From Zygnema circumcarinatum SAG 698-1b (taxonomy: Eukaryota > Plantae > Zygnematophyceae): 64,000 bases of DNA. Below the pieces are notes generated by a model. It did not search any database. It saw only the letters and a list, made by a program, of their open reading frames with translations, and was not told where the DNA came from. Position numbers and translations under genes: made by a program. Positions 23,885-37,521 of this stretch are shown one piece after another. Where the stretch lies: positions 1-64,000 of the forward strand of contig CM074807.1 in assembly GCA_037447605.1 (NCBI GenBank). The letters run 5' to 3'. How positions within the stretch are numbered: position 1 is the first letter of the stretch; each line of letters begins with the position of its first letter.

Positions 23885-26415
23885 ATGGCTGCACCGACGA
23901 TCTGTGCATTCAGCAGAGCCTCCAGCCACTCTCGCCTGATCACTCCTTATCTCTGCTCAGGACCATTCAGGAGAGCGGTGCGGAAAGCTCTCGTGCTTCT
24001 GCCGAACTCCCCTTCTTGCACCCAATCGGTGAGGCATTTCACTCCGCTGAACTCATGACACAGTCCGAGCCGGAGCGGGAGACCATCCCACCATAAACTT
24101 ACAAGAGCGTTATAGGAATTTATGGGTTAGCATACCCATAAACCACTTGAAGTTAGTATAAGCTAGTTTTCTCTATTCTGTTTGTCCTCTGTCTGAAACG
24201 TTGCAGGCAGAAACACCTTCTTAAGAACACCTCATAAGCAATGGATAGTTTTGCTCACCCTCTGCAGACCACAAGAGCGCTTCAAGCGTCCTCTGCGATG
24301 TCTGGCCGTGCGAAAGAGTCCGTCGACAATAATCCAGGCCTGGCAGAGACTATTGACGAGGCGACTCACGGCTACATCATGCAGCAAACTGTACTTTGTC
24401 GTCACCTTTTGTTTCTACAATCGCATGAACCTCATTGTGATTGCTCTGCACTTTGATTTCTTGCCTTACACCTTAGTTTGCTTTCAGTTCCGTTATAAAC
24501 CATTTATTTGCTGGTTATGTTAAAGTCATGATAACTGCAAACGTAGGGTTCGTTGGAACTCATGTACATTCAATGGGCAAACCGCAGATGTATCGAATTA
24601 AAGATCCAAAGCCGAGCCTTGATTTTTATTCTCGTGTGCTGGGTATGAGGTGAGGATCTGAAGCCATCCTGATACTCACAACGACATCGACCTAATTCTG
24701 TCGGCTGTGACATTTCGAATCGTTGCAAGCAAATCATGTGACGCTTTAGTTGATCATTCGGTGCTCATTTTCAGTCTTGGCAAGAATGTGGTGCAGTGAT
24801 TTTTTGGTTTTCAAACTGAACAATTATGTCAATGGATAGAAAGAAGTCGCCGAATTCATTGCAGGTCTTCATATGGAGGTTGGTTGAGCTTGATCGTTGG
24901 TTTTTGGTAGTTTTGGGGCGTTGGGACCAGTCTTTTTAAGCGTTTTGATTATCCAGAGGCTAAGTTCTCACTCTACTTCATGGGCTACGAGGTATTTGGC
25001 ATTGATCCCTTGTTTTCAAAGCTCATTCACAGGACCGTGTCAAGGAAAATTACATTTAGGCTGTTGCAATGTTGGGTTTGCACGTCTGTCAGGGTGCTAA
25101 GTCACGGTGTGTTTCAGTACTCAAAACACCAAGTGCGGTTCACCATTCGTATCCACGACTCTTTTAATGGAATCAATGTCAATTGAGCCTTTGGTACATA
25201 AGCTAAAGCCTTGAAGCTGCGGGCATAGTTCTAGCGTACTGGGCCGTTGTGGCTAATTTCTTCTATGCCCATTCTGAGACAGTGCTTGGAAGGGTTTGGC
25301 TTCCCTGAAGTTCAAAAAAAAATCCGACTCCTGTAGTAACCTTTTTATCGGCAGTTGAGCATTGGGCTTTCATGGAAAAGTTAAATATTTTCGGCTGTCA
25401 AACGATTGAAATCTTTGTTGCTACGGGTCAACCAGTCGTGGTTTCTTATTATTAGTAATCGAAGGTATTTACTTCGCCTTACTGCAGAACCCAAAATCCA
25501 TTCCCACTGACGAAGTGGAAAAGGTGAAATGGACATTCACCCGGCCAGGAACCTTGGAATTAACGCAGTGAGTGTCCAAACGAGATGAAGGACATGTCAT
25601 TTTGCATTTGCATAGGCTTGACCGTTGAACCTTTGCCTTCGCTGACGGGGTCTGAGGATCTCAGGTTTAGAATGTTTGCACAACGACAGGGTGACTTTTA
25701 CTGCTGGCAATTTGTGGAGTGTTAATTGCTCCCACAGCCCGTTTGTTGATGCTGATTTTCTCCTTGGTTGTTGTGACAGCAACTGGGGCACGGAGTCAGA
25801 TCCGGACTTCAAAGGCTATCACAATGGCAACAGTGACCCCCGCGGATGGGGTATGTTGTTCTCCCTGCGTTCCCAATCAATGGCTTGCAGGATCTCAAGC
25901 AAAATTGAGCGAAGCAGATCATGGGTTGGTGGCGCACCCTCACTTTATCTCCTGTTGGCTGGCTAGCTCCTAGCATGTCCAGTAGCGTGTGATGCGCAGG
26001 AGAGTTGGCTTTCATTTTTGGACATTGCCCCTGAGGGTGCAGGCCACATTGGCATCACGGTTGATGACGTGTACAAGGCTTGTGAACGTTTTGAAAAGCT
26101 GGGCGTGGAATTTGTTAAGAGGCCGGATGAAGGTGTGTACTTGTTGCTCCTTCCGACGAGACCGGCTGCGGGCATCGATCAATCACTGTACATTTGCATA
26201 CTCAGTAGCATGGTATGGCGCCATGATGCAGCCCATCATGTGAACGGCACGGAGACATGTGGCATGGCGATCTACTCGTGGGTGGCTGATACAAACCCAC
26301 TTCTGTGTGTTGTGTGGGCGTGGCAGGCCGGATGAAGGGGCTGGCCTTCATAAAGGATCCCGATGGGTACTGGATTGAGATCCTGGATGTAAAGCACATG
26401 GCGACCATAGTGTGA
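23885..26415 (+). CDS. GLX1: Glyoxalase I (lactoylglutathione lyase), Zn-type, with N-terminal transit-peptide exon
   Basis: [95 protein letters not shown]. Exon 1 (ATG 23885) splices in frame to 24268. Confidence 0.96.
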
Positions 26416-27229
26416 TGAAGGAGCTACTCTGCGTCCGCGCGCACCTGTGCAGCCAAGCAGCAGCCTATGGCTGCAAAGGGTCTCCCGCCCTAGATAAGAG
26501 CTGTCGCCGCGAGCCGGCCAGCAGGGCAAGTTGGGAGCATTACTGAAAGGTTTTACTCGTTTACGGTGAGGCTGACCACCGCCGAACTCACAGTTTGTAA
26601 ACTTGAGTCTTGTGGCCAGTTAGGAGGCCGATTTGTCGTAGCATCAACACATGTCTATACTGAATAGTATATGTCAGGTTTCCAGTGAATCACTACTTTT
26701 TTCAATTTACTCTATTCAGTCCCCTTTGTGCAACGCACTTCCCTTGCCCCTGTGTGCGTGCACGCCACAAACACTTCAAAGACGAAGGCGAGTGTTTTCC
26801 TCTGCCAGAGTTAGCCAATGGAATAAAGGATTTCAGCCTCAAAAAAATAGTTACGGAATTTGGTTTGAAGTCGTTATAACTACCACTTTCACGGACGAGC
26901 GTGTACTGATTTCGAATTCTGACAGGGTGGGGAGTTAAATCTGAAACCCCTCAACAGGGGACTTGTCATCTTTCCCTCCAGTTTCTTCGCAAACTATTCC
27001 AGCTGGACCAGTTGGAAAGGGAGAGGTCCGGACCTCATGGCTCATTCCATTTCACCGCACAGAAAGGTAGGCGGGAGCGTACAGAGGGCTGCGCCCGCCA
27101 TTGCCACAGACGTCCACTCCCTCCTCCCTCCTCTCTCTTCTCTCTCCCAGTGCGATGGAGGCCGTGCGCTGGCCTGGCCGGGGCTGCCAACAACGCGGTG
27201 CTCCTCGGAGCAAGATGTCCTGCTCATTT

Positions 27230-30052
27230 TCATGAAAGGGAGCGCTCCAGAGCAGTCACTGCAACGCCTTGCGCCGACTTCCACGCCTTTGTTGAGTCGG
27301 TCCCGTTGCTGCCGATAAGTTCCCGGTCTTCGTCCTCGCCCCGTGCAAGGCCGTCACTGGTCAACAATGTACCTTGCGAGTAATGTCTCCAACTTGAATT
27401 TGTCTTCCCTTTCTGTAAATGCCCCTCGGAAGACATGTAGCTTTCAAGAAGAGGTGCTGGATCAACCGATGGTGCTTGAGTAGTTGAAAATTTGAAGAGG
27501 TTGCTTTTTCTGTAGACAATCAAGACAATAGGCCCAACGCGTCCACGCAATGGGCGAGAAGCGTCACTTGTTATCCGAACAAAGCATGCGAAAAAAATGC
27601 AAGAGTTAGCTGTTCTAGCAATCAAGTCTGAAATATCCACGAAAATTTTCGTGGAATGCTGTCCATAACGAGTGCAATATCCCTTCCCATGGAGACATGT
27701 ACCAAACGAGAAAAAGGAATAAGAAGGGCACCTGTACAAAAGATAGATAACCACTTGCGTACTGGAAAGGATGACCCCTGCTAAGTTGGGCAGCTGCAGC
27801 CAAGGCAAGAGAACACTAGATAAGAAGCCCCCTTCGATCAAGAGAGTTGATCGTCGAATAATTTGAAGCAGTTAATGGCTGTACCACTTTCTCCCACGAA
27901 CGTGCAAAGCACTGGGAAGGAAGCCAGATACCAGCAATGCTAGTTACGGGAGCTCACCGTGATGTAGACATCGGCTGTGGAGATGCCAAAAAGGGTCCAG
28001 ATCACGGTATTAAGGAGGTTCATGGCACAAAGTGCAATGGGAAAATACTGAACATTTCTTGTCCGAACCATCCTTTTCTGTGTACCAATGCCAGCCCCCA
28101 GCCTTCTCTCAAAATCTTTCACGATTCACGGCATACAAGGCGTAAATTTGCATTCCGCCATGCGTAAGTGTCTAACAGGCATGCGTCACGAGACTTTCAC
28201 AACTGCTGGTGCAACGCAAACGGAGCGAAACAATGGGACTGACCACATCCGCGAGGGGTGAAGCGATCGCTAGTACACTCGTGAGGTCACCGCAGAGCCC
28301 CACCAAGACAGCGCGACTGGAGAAAGGCATGGCACCCAAACAGAATGCCGTGCCTGCAGAACACAGCACAATCAAGCCTCCCAAAGACGATCCAAGTCGA
28401 TTCTGCAGCTTCCACCAAATCATGATGCTATTAGGAAAAACATGAAATGTGGTTGGTACGAAGGAGAGGGACAGAGAGGAAAAGGGAAGGAGTGACTACA
28501 GTAGTTAATGTACTGGCCGCTGTCTGCCGAAAGTACCAACCGAGAAAGTTGGAGATAACAGATTGCTTTTCCCGTCCTGTCTGTTAGCACTTAAATACGG
28601 CTTTTGGAAAGTTCATCTAAGCCCTTAGTTCGTACGGCTTCCAATATTTACACAAACCATCTCACCTTCACATCCTTATCTGTGACATAGAAGAAGAAAA
28701 TGGCGCAATAGGCAGCTGAAATGACGACCCCTGCACTGTTGATGATAGCGATGCTGGTGCTGTTTCCGACAATGGGCAAGCCATAGAATGCCCACACCGA
28801 CGAGCTAAGCAGGGTGCAAACGTACGGCCATGGCAACCGCCGTTCTGTCGATCGCGCCCTCACAATTTGAAAAAACGTTGGCCTGCAGTGCCACCCGTTT
28901 CCTGCACACTAAGCGTGGCACAGCCAAAAGGGCACTCCCAGGAACACACTACTTACTCTGCTTTACAAATTAGCACCCGAAATCTGTAGCTCTTTCAATC
29001 ATGAACCTCTCGTGGTGACTAGCTTTAATAAAGGAATCAAGAAATAAAGGAATCGAGTAACAACTATGCAAACGAAAGATTTGCGAAGGATAGAACCCTG
29101 ATCCGACCGTTTGAACTAAGTGAAGGCAAGAATCATAGGGACTGCTGCATGAACGGTCACTTACACGGGCGCCAGGAGGGCAACGAGGCCTGTTATGTTT
29201 CCTGAATACAGCCCATCCAGTCCCAACCCTCAACTATCAGCATGCACAGTCGAGCCGCTCCTAACGGCCGCACTCACTACGCCCACAGGCGCGTCATAAG
29301 GCGATCTAGATAAAGCTGTCCATCCCACTAATAGGACTGATAAGCATAAGAAGCTAAAACTCAGCATGAGAAAACAAAGACGTATGCCATGCAAGCTGTA
29401 TCTTTCTAGGGATGCTGAGACAGAACTGACCCTGTTACATTGCAATAAAAAAATGTCTAGCTTCCCCTATGCCGTTGAGTGACGCACACAAGCATGTGTG
29501 CAACTGATGGGTTTGTTTGGATTTTTTTCGTTCAGCAGTTAAACTTCATTCATCCTAAGCCATAAAAAAAAAATCATGTTTTTTTTTTCCCTTTGCCTAA
29601 CAGTCAGTGGCGAAACTACGGTTGTCTTTGGGGGAGCTTTGCCCCTCCGCAAATTTTGAAAAGCTCTTAGCTACTAATCGCCTTTGAAGGTTGAATAGCA
29701 AAAACACACACGCACGAATTTCAGGCTTTTTTCCCAACTCATCGGTCAGCCCGACCTAAACTAAACTAAAATCCTGGATCCGCCCCTGCTAACGATGCGA
29801 GAAGAGAGGACGCCAGAACACCTCTCCAAAGCGCAGTTCCTCTTAAGAAAGTCACAATATTTCGCTCTATGGGAAAGCGAGGCTTCCTAACTTCCGAAAG
29901 CCAGAGGAAGTACGTTTCCACATACAGAAGTTTTCTCGGGTAGCATGTGAGGTCATGCGATGAATCTCTACCAGCTGAATTCAACAAGCCTTTTTGTGCA
30001 CCTCACCTATTGTTCCGAGCACCGTTTGAACGATAAGCAACTCGGATGTCAT
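27230..30052 (-). CDS. SWEET: SWEET (MtN3/saliva) sugar transporter (7 exons)
   Basis: MTSELLIVQTVLGTIG/NITGLVALLAPV/PTFFQIVRARSTE..PYVCTLLSSSVWAFYG..INSAG/ASPL/MVRTRNVQYFPI..IWTLFG/LPNLAG..QVVIYLLYR, followed by a long polar tail. Exon layout is typical of SWEETs. Confidence 0.92.
29605..29788. mobile_element. hAT-type MITE (184 bp) in SWEET intron 1
   Basis: Termini CAGTGGCG...CGCCCCTG form an imperfect inverted repeat. Flanks are a near-identical 8-bp target duplication, CTAACAGT (29597-29604) and CTAACGAT (29789-29796). A related copy lies at ~46314. Confidence 0.75.
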
Positions 30053-30190
30053 TGTGCAGATAGTTCTAAAATCCAAGCGTTATTATAGCACTGCCGCGCT
30101 CGGCGCCTGCGTGCAGGATCTAGCGTCCTCTCCCTGCCGCTTCCGGTTCCTGGCTGCGGGGCCTGCCTTCGTCGCGAAAAGCAATGGAGG

Positions 30191-30221
<31 letters not shown>

Positions 30222-30261
30222 GCTGCTATGGCTATGGCTATGGCTATCGCTATGGCTATGG
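30191..30261. repeat. (GCT)n followed by (GCTATG)n microsatellite
   Basis: Directly visible. Confidence 0.95.
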
Positions 30262-30337
30262 CGGCAGGCCTGGCCCGGCCTCGTCCCCGGCCCCTCCCTC
30301 GCCTCCGCCCTTCGCCCGGCGGCACCGCGCGACCGCC

Positions 30338-30412
30338 CACGTGGCCTGCGTGGGGAGGCCCTGTGGCCACGTGGCACTCCGAGCCGCAGCCAGGTGTCAC
30401 TGCTGCCACGTA
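30338..30412 (-). promoter_or_regulatory. G-box/ABRE cluster upstream of SWEET
   Basis: CACGTGGC at 30338, perfect GCCACGTGGC at 30366 and GCCACGTA at 30405. Confidence 0.4.
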
Positions 30413-31149
30413 ACTGCACAGGGGGGCGGGCGCGCGGTACGGACGGCAAGGCGCGCCGCGGCGGCGCAGGGCTCATCCATGGCTCGGGCCTGGCTCGGGC
30501 CTGGCTCGGGCCTGGCTTGGGCGGGAGCACGGGGGGGCTGTGGGGGCGGCAACAACAACTAGACGGGCGAGAGTAGTGCATGGGTCTCACGCACGGCGAT
30601 GCCATGAAAGGTGCATGGACAACAACGACAGTAACAACAACATGGAGAACTACGAGGAGCCGCCCACAAAGGACCCAAGGACGGAAAGGATGAAGTCATG
30701 AGCTGAACTCTGCTACTAAGCTCAAGAACACGGCTCTGGAGGCAACCGCAAAAAATGCCGCAGTGGGGCACTTCCCGCGAAGGGAGGGGCGAAAGGCCAC
30801 CGGGGCAGTCACAGGGGCGTGCCGGAGGAGCGCGGAGCGAGGCATATGCAAAAATGCGGAAAAGTGAGGGCGTCGGTGCGACATGCCAAGGGAAAGAGCC
30901 TTCCACCATACCTGTGCACATTCACATGCAGACAGTGCTTCCAAATCCAGGCCATTCAAGGGTGCTGCGGCCGTACAACTCGACTTTCATACACCGCCAA
31001 TCACACCATCCTTGCCTCTTTACTTGCGCCAAGGTGCACATTTGGCACGCTTAGCGAGTAACACACGCGAGAAATGTCCAGCCGCATACTTGCAAGGACG
31101 CCTTTGAACAGGAAAGGACTTCCCTTCTGGAGAATGATTGCGCTGCTCT

Positions 31150-34100
31150 TCAGAGAGGACTCATTCGCTTGAAGAGGTAAATGTTTCCCCCCTCCCCGCG
31201 GTTCAACCTGATGTCGTCGTCCACATACAGAGTCTCCCATTCAGCAGACTGCTGCACTGCCTTGGGCAGGTTGAGGGTCAAAGCTGGCAGGTCCTCGCTG
31301 ACGGGTGACCCCAGGAGCGAGAGCGCTCTCACTGAGAATGAGTCGAACGAAACAAGTGCAGCCTGACTGGCCTTACCGGTCCGCCACTTGCCTTCGACAG
31401 ACACCGAAAAGCTTCCCAGTGGGCCCAACCTGCCAGCCATGCCAGCTCACCCAAGTCAACAGACAGATGCGGCATCACCTGCAAAGCGTGCGCGGGCACG
31501 GAACAACGCATCATCTCCAGAGTACTCATGAGGTTATCTTCCCGACGTCCACTTTGTGCCAGATCACCAACTTGGGCTCACATGCTGAGCGAGAAGCTCT
31601 AGTGAGACCTGGAAAGTAGGTCCTTCTGAACAGTTGTTTTAGCGCCGTGTTACGGGTCCAGAGGCAGAGGCCACAAGAACCAAAAAGCGGCGCAGAAAGG
31701 CTCACGTCCCTGCCTTTCCACAGCTACCAACCGAGAACGACCCGGTCAAGACAATTGTGGCAAACAACTTACTTTACTTCCGCACTGTTCTGGGCACTCA
31801 GTTCCGCTGTTCCGAGGACTGAGGTCAGACTGCTGTCTGCTGAATGAGGTTTCACTACTTGACGTATGTCCTTAACATCCATTCCCGGAAGTTGGGGAAA
31901 AGGTCGATCGTCCTGCGACTGGAAGGCTTTGTCTGACGCATATCTGCCACAACTCACAGAACGAAGAAGGAATAACGCATAAGGGCTCATACCCAAGGTT
32001 CGGTAACGCACGCTAATACGGCTAACCCCACAGAACAACGGCAGATTGACACCATAAACTGGAATGCTAAAGGTTCTTACATGAGGAGCCAGTCGCCACT
32101 TAGCTCGGGCCCTATCTGAATTTCCACAAAGGCATCGTTAGCACTAGCATTATCAGGCCCAGTAAAAATATCCTGCTGTGAGAAAGGGTCATCTTGAGGA
32201 TTGACTTCTTGAAGGCGCACTAGCAAATTCTCTACTTCTCTCCGGTTTATGTCAGTCCGGCCCTGTTGGGGCTGCAAAGCTGCCTGTTCATCAGCCCAAC
32301 CAACCATTCAAAATGAGTCATGAGCTTCTTGACAGTAGTGGGAATGCCTCCCAAGCACGATCAGCATAAAGGAAGAGATAGGTGTGAGAAGCGAAGGCAT
32401 ACAGGGCCAAGGGACTTGAGCAGGCCAAACAGTGCTGACTTCAATTCCAGACGCTGCAGTTCTCGACGGACACGCTGTGCTCTCAGACGAGCTTCAGCCT
32501 CCTTTCCTTTACTCATTGAACTTGCAGCTAGCCTGATTACATAACAGTACAAGTGGAGAGAACAAGTTACAGAAAATGGGATTGGTTTGTGATATTCAAC
32601 AGATTACATCCATGCTTCACGAAAGGCCGTGGACCGGGCTCAAATGGTTGCATCTTAGAAGGCATGAAGTTTCTTGAGAATAAAAACTTCAATCACCGGA
32701 CCTTGGTAGACTACTAACCCCCCAGGAACATTGAGATGGTTATTCTAACATCGATTCAGTATCAATCCTCTCAATCGGAGACGAATTCTCGCTTACGGAA
32801 ATCACAAAACCTGTGACTGATCGAGCAACTGGAGGGTAATAGCGGGCGATAACAGATGCAATGAGAAAGCCCGTACCTGGCAGGGCTGCTAGTCTTTTGC
32901 TGTCCACTCTGCAAAGTCCGCTGTATTTGCCTGGTTGATACACCACAAGCCCTATTGATGCTGTCACATAACCTGTCCTCATCCGAACCTTGCGTCCAAC
33001 AGATACGAACACAACTGAAATGATCCTCATCGATTTGCTCATTGTCCACTAGGCCTCTAGATTTCACACGCACTTCCCTTACTTGATCAGTGCTTCTGGC
33101 TTACATGCGTAAAAAACTACAACCAAATACCGATAGTCTCCATACCTGTTCCCTTATCTGATGATTTAAGCCAGGCCAATAAAGTTGTCATAGTAGCTTC
33201 AGGACGATGTGAAACTCACCACCAAACAGGAAGAGCCAAGAGGACAGCCAGCCAGCGACCTCCTTGCAGATAGTCCAATGGCTCTAACTGCTACAATGAC
33301 AGGAAAACGAAGGATTAAAAGCGAAAGAGAAATGGCTAGTTTGCCATATACACATTAAGGACAACTTGGATAAAGGAAATGCGACAATGATCTCTCACCT
33401 TGTCTGAAAGAGGCTGAAGCAACTGACCAACGAACTGCTTGATAGATTCCAACGTTTCAACTCTTGGATTAAATTGTGCAATCTGCACACATGAAACTTC
33501 CCAATGTACTTACGCTGCCTGTGATCATTGCAGCTGTAAATCCCAGTAGTTAACTTCGGCCATATGCGACAGATATGATGCCAACATGGACACTGCATGC
33601 AAAACGACCTCATGTAATTGGAACGTGGGGGTTCGCTACTCACAAATCGCAGGACATCCAATTCAATACTCGCATTCTGGATGATCTGCGCACCAACCAC
33701 ACATTCATACCCAATAAGACCATCCGTAACTCCTGCCACACTAAAGCTGGCCCGTTGCTACAACTAGGAAGGAGTTTTCGGGTTGCGAGGCCAGGGACAA
33801 CGCTTAACGCGAGTGACTTAGGGAAAAACTGTAGCGTTCACTATTCCTGCGCATGGAAAGTTGGTCCTGTAAAGATAGCGTTTTTAGGGAATCAATAGCA
33901 AGTTTCAAATTTCCCACCAGGAGATACGCCTAGTAATGGACACTTGTAGTCACTGCTCAGAAGTTTTACCTGCTCCAAAGATACTGGCAATACGGCCGCC
34001 TCGGCAGTCCCAGCATTGATATTCAGAAGAATAATTGGAGCGAGAACATAGGGGAAAGCTGTGATAACCGTCTTGGCTTTTGACGATGTTCTACTTAGAC

Positions 34101-34470
34101 TCTCTTTCTCACAATCTGCTCCTATCCTTGAACCTGTTGAATAAACCGAAAGGTTGGCATCCCCTCCGTTCCAGCCACGTCTCTCGCATGCGTTTCTCCA
34201 ACTTGATTGATTGTTTCGATAAGAACCATAGCCTGCACTGAGTTGCTTTCTTTGGCTTACAGTGCCTGTCTGCCACTCAAGTACCTTCGAAGTAGAGACT
34301 TTTCTGACTTTGCCAAACCTCAGTGATTTTGCAAACGTATGCGAGATTATAGAGGCACACCTTCTAGGCAATAACGTCAGCTCTTGCAGGTCAGAAACAT
34401 TCGGATTGTAGAAAGAAAGTCGCTTATTCAAAAGGTCGGATTTGAGATGAACATGGTAATTTTCCAGCAT
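31150..34470 (-). CDS. Plastid lipid-associated (PAP/fibrillin) domain protein with N-terminal extension
   Basis: VENLLVRLQEVNP, LSGDWLLMYAS, IRQVV and C-terminal WETLYVDDDIRLNRGEGGNIYLFKR (fibrillin-type ending). Exons join in frame; the start is uncertain. Confidence 0.82.
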
Positions 34471-34582
34471 TTTGCAGCAAGATTATTGCCAACGAGAGGC
34501 CAAAGGGAAGAGCATGAGAGGCGTTTCCCAGGAACAACCTTCGAATCCAAGCAAGGGGTACTTCGAGGCAGTAGAGAAGAGA

Positions 34583-34621
34583 AGAGAGGAGAGGAGAGGA
34601 GAGGAGAGGAGAGGAGAGGAG
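34583..34621. repeat. (GAGAG)n microsatellite in the bidirectional intergenic region
   Basis: Directly visible. Confidence 0.9.
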
Positions 34622-34879
34622 TCCGGCAATAATGTCAGTGCGAGCCCGAGCGGATGGAGAGGCAGCGCCGCTCAGCGCAGCGCGCAGCCCTTGGCGTGCG
34701 CGCACGGTATTTGGCGCAATGGCCGTCGGATGACGCGAAGAGGCCCCCCTCCACCAGCTGCTACTGCTGCGACTGTCCAGGTCCAGGCCCACTCCTGCCT
34801 TGGTGCTTGCCCAGCCTGACCTCACCGTCTCGCTCCGTCGCCCAGACTGTTTGTGGCGCTGTGCTGCGGGTCGCGGGCC

Positions 34880-37521
34880 ATGGCGCATTTGTCAGCGGCA
34901 GAACGCTTGTACATTGCTGACGGCGTTGCACAAGACCTTAGGAATGATGGCAGGAGCAGAGAGGATTTTCGTCCTTTCACCATTGACACAGGCGTTATTT
35001 CTCAGGTAATTGGGCGGCCCTCCTTCAGTTATGATCCGATGTAGAAGAGATGTAAGTCTCTCTGCTTCTTGAAAGTCTCTAATCTTTTTTCTTGCAGCAC
35101 CTTAGATTATTGGATGCATTGAATGTGGCTAAGGAATTCTGGTCTCTGAAGTTTTGGATGTGCAGGCGAGTGGTTCAGCAAGGTTGCAATTAGGGAATAC
35201 GGACGTTCTTGCAACAGTTCGGGTGCGGACCACTCCTCCCCCTATTTTATCTCGCTCGCCAGACTGGTAATGCCTTCTTGCCGTTTTCTGCCATGTGAAA
35301 GGCACCAAACTGTGCATACCTCCCTCTAATACTCTCATGGGTTTCTTCCTGCGTCGGTGTTAGAACATCATTGCTAATCATTATGGAGGATAAAAAAAAT
35401 GTTCTATTTTTAATTTGAAATTGACCGAAAAGGCAAAACATGGGGCCAGGCAGAGCTTGGCCCACCTCCCGATGGCAGGCCAGACCATGGGCGGATTGAA
35501 ATCGCAGTTGAATGTTCGCCTACCGCTGCACGAGAGTATGAGGTAGAGCTACTTGTTTTTTCTTTTTGCTTTAGCATCGTATTGTATTGCCAACATGATC
35601 CGCTAGCTTTTGGTTGACACCTGTGGCAAATACTCGTGAATGCATGAATATGAAAAGCTGCAAAATCCTAGCTTCAAGTGAAAGGCACGTCTTGTATTGA
35701 AACGAATGAAACACTCGTCCAGATGCCTGTATAGTGAAGGAAGGAGTGTAATGAAGACTCAAAAAAACTATCTACTACTATATGGTACTTCTCATTTTTC
35801 TGGTTGAATGAGGTCCGGAGAGGTGCTTATCCTCTGACTTGGTGTTTGGGCATGAAAGCGTCTCAGGGTCGTGGAGGGGAAGAATTGGCATCTGAGTTGG
35901 CTCGAGCACTAGAGAGGACTTTCCTAGGCGGCTCGTCTGGCGCTGGTGAGACATGAACACCTGTAATCACTTTGTCTTCAGGCATTATTAAATGCATTGA
36001 ATGGTGGTAGTGTTGACGATGTATTGAAGTGGTGCGCATATGGAGCCATAGTGCTTGTATCAAGGTGTCCTCCAAGGTAAATTATATGGTACATTCTCCA
36101 TTTTCTATTAGTCTTGATAAAAACCTCAAAACAACTTGCGGTATCTCTCTTGTGGAAAGCATGCTTGAAGGCAGTGATGAACACCAACCACGAAGTTGTT
36201 TATCCTTGTGGGATGTCCTTGTCTGCAATCAACCAACTGGCAGGTTCTGCAGTGGATCTCAAGGCTCTCTGCATTAAGGAAGGCAAAACGTGCTGGATTC
36301 TTTATTTGGATGCACTTCTTTTGAGTACAGATGGGAACCTCTTGGACGCAATGGGGATTGCTTTCAAAGTAAGACCCTCTCTGGGCGTGGTCCCATTCAG
36401 GCCTCCATTTTCTTGTGGTCGCAAACTATGCCGAGCCACAATATGACCTCCTCCTCGTCTCGAGTAGATGCAACTGAGAAAATTTTGCACAATGGAGACG
36501 GAGTCTTAGTTAGTATTCGTTTTTGTATGAAGTCAGGGATATGTCCTTAAAATAGTTGTTGAATGCCGCAGGACAAAGCAGTAGCAGCAACAGTGCGTTT
36601 TGCTATTTGTAGTACCCATAAGCTGAGGAACATTCTTGAGGCTGCTTATAAGGCAAAGGATGCATTCAGACAAGATTTCAAGCAAGTGTAAGCGGGGTTA
36701 GAGAGTGGCTTGCGATGCAGGCAGCGCTGAGCGATCTGCAGCTGCCAACTGTCGAGATGGCCGAGGATGCTGAGGACGAACGCGACTTTCAAGTGGCAGA
36801 TGATATGGGGGAGGGCTCGCGCATAGATGTCAGCAATGTGCCACTTATTCTCACAATAACGAAGGTGGGGAACATACTTTGGCCTTGAAACATGCTATAC
36901 ATTACAATAATGAGTTTCGACACATGAGAAGTGGTTTAAAAGTTTAATGGTTCAAATTTCACTTAAGGATGGCTTCAGAGGAGCACATTCCTTTGCGGAT
37001 TAGGATGCCTTCTTCGAGCATTGGCACGTAGTCATTTAACTTTCGTAATGACAAGCATTGGAAGGAGAAGTAGATTGTGTGACTCCCTATGTGCGTCTTT
37101 CCTTCAGGTGTACTCAGCCATTCTTCTGCTCTGCTTTGCAATTGCTTCCTTTTCTTTGTGTGCCATTGAGCATTTGAAAGCTACTGTCCACCGAAGAAAC
37201 AAGGCTTCGAATTTGAGAAATCGAATGAATAGAGTTTAGCAGTGATCTTCACTTTCGCAGGTGGGGCGCCATCACGTGGTGGATGCAACGGCAGAAGAGG
37301 AGTCCCAGATGGCGACGGCGGTGTCCTTCGGCGTGACAAGCGGCGGGCGCATCGCCGGCATGAGCAAGCGCGGCGCCGTGGGACTGCCCCCCTCCGTGCT
37401 GCACGACATGCTGCACGCGGCGAGGAGGATAGGGAAGCGCCTGCACCGAGTGGTGGATGCGGAGATAGTCAACGCCATGGAGAGGGCCACTGAACGGGAG
37501 GCAGACGCGGCGATTCACTAA
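34880..37521 (+). CDS. RRP42: Exosome complex component RRP42 (RNase PH-like)
   Basis: MAHLSAAERLYIADGVAQDLRNDGRSREDFR, ASGSARLQLGNTDVLATVRAELG, VECSPTAAREYEGRGGEEL, LCIKEGKTCWILYLDALLLSTDGNLLDA, VPLILTITKVGRHHVVDATAEEE. Confidence 0.95.
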
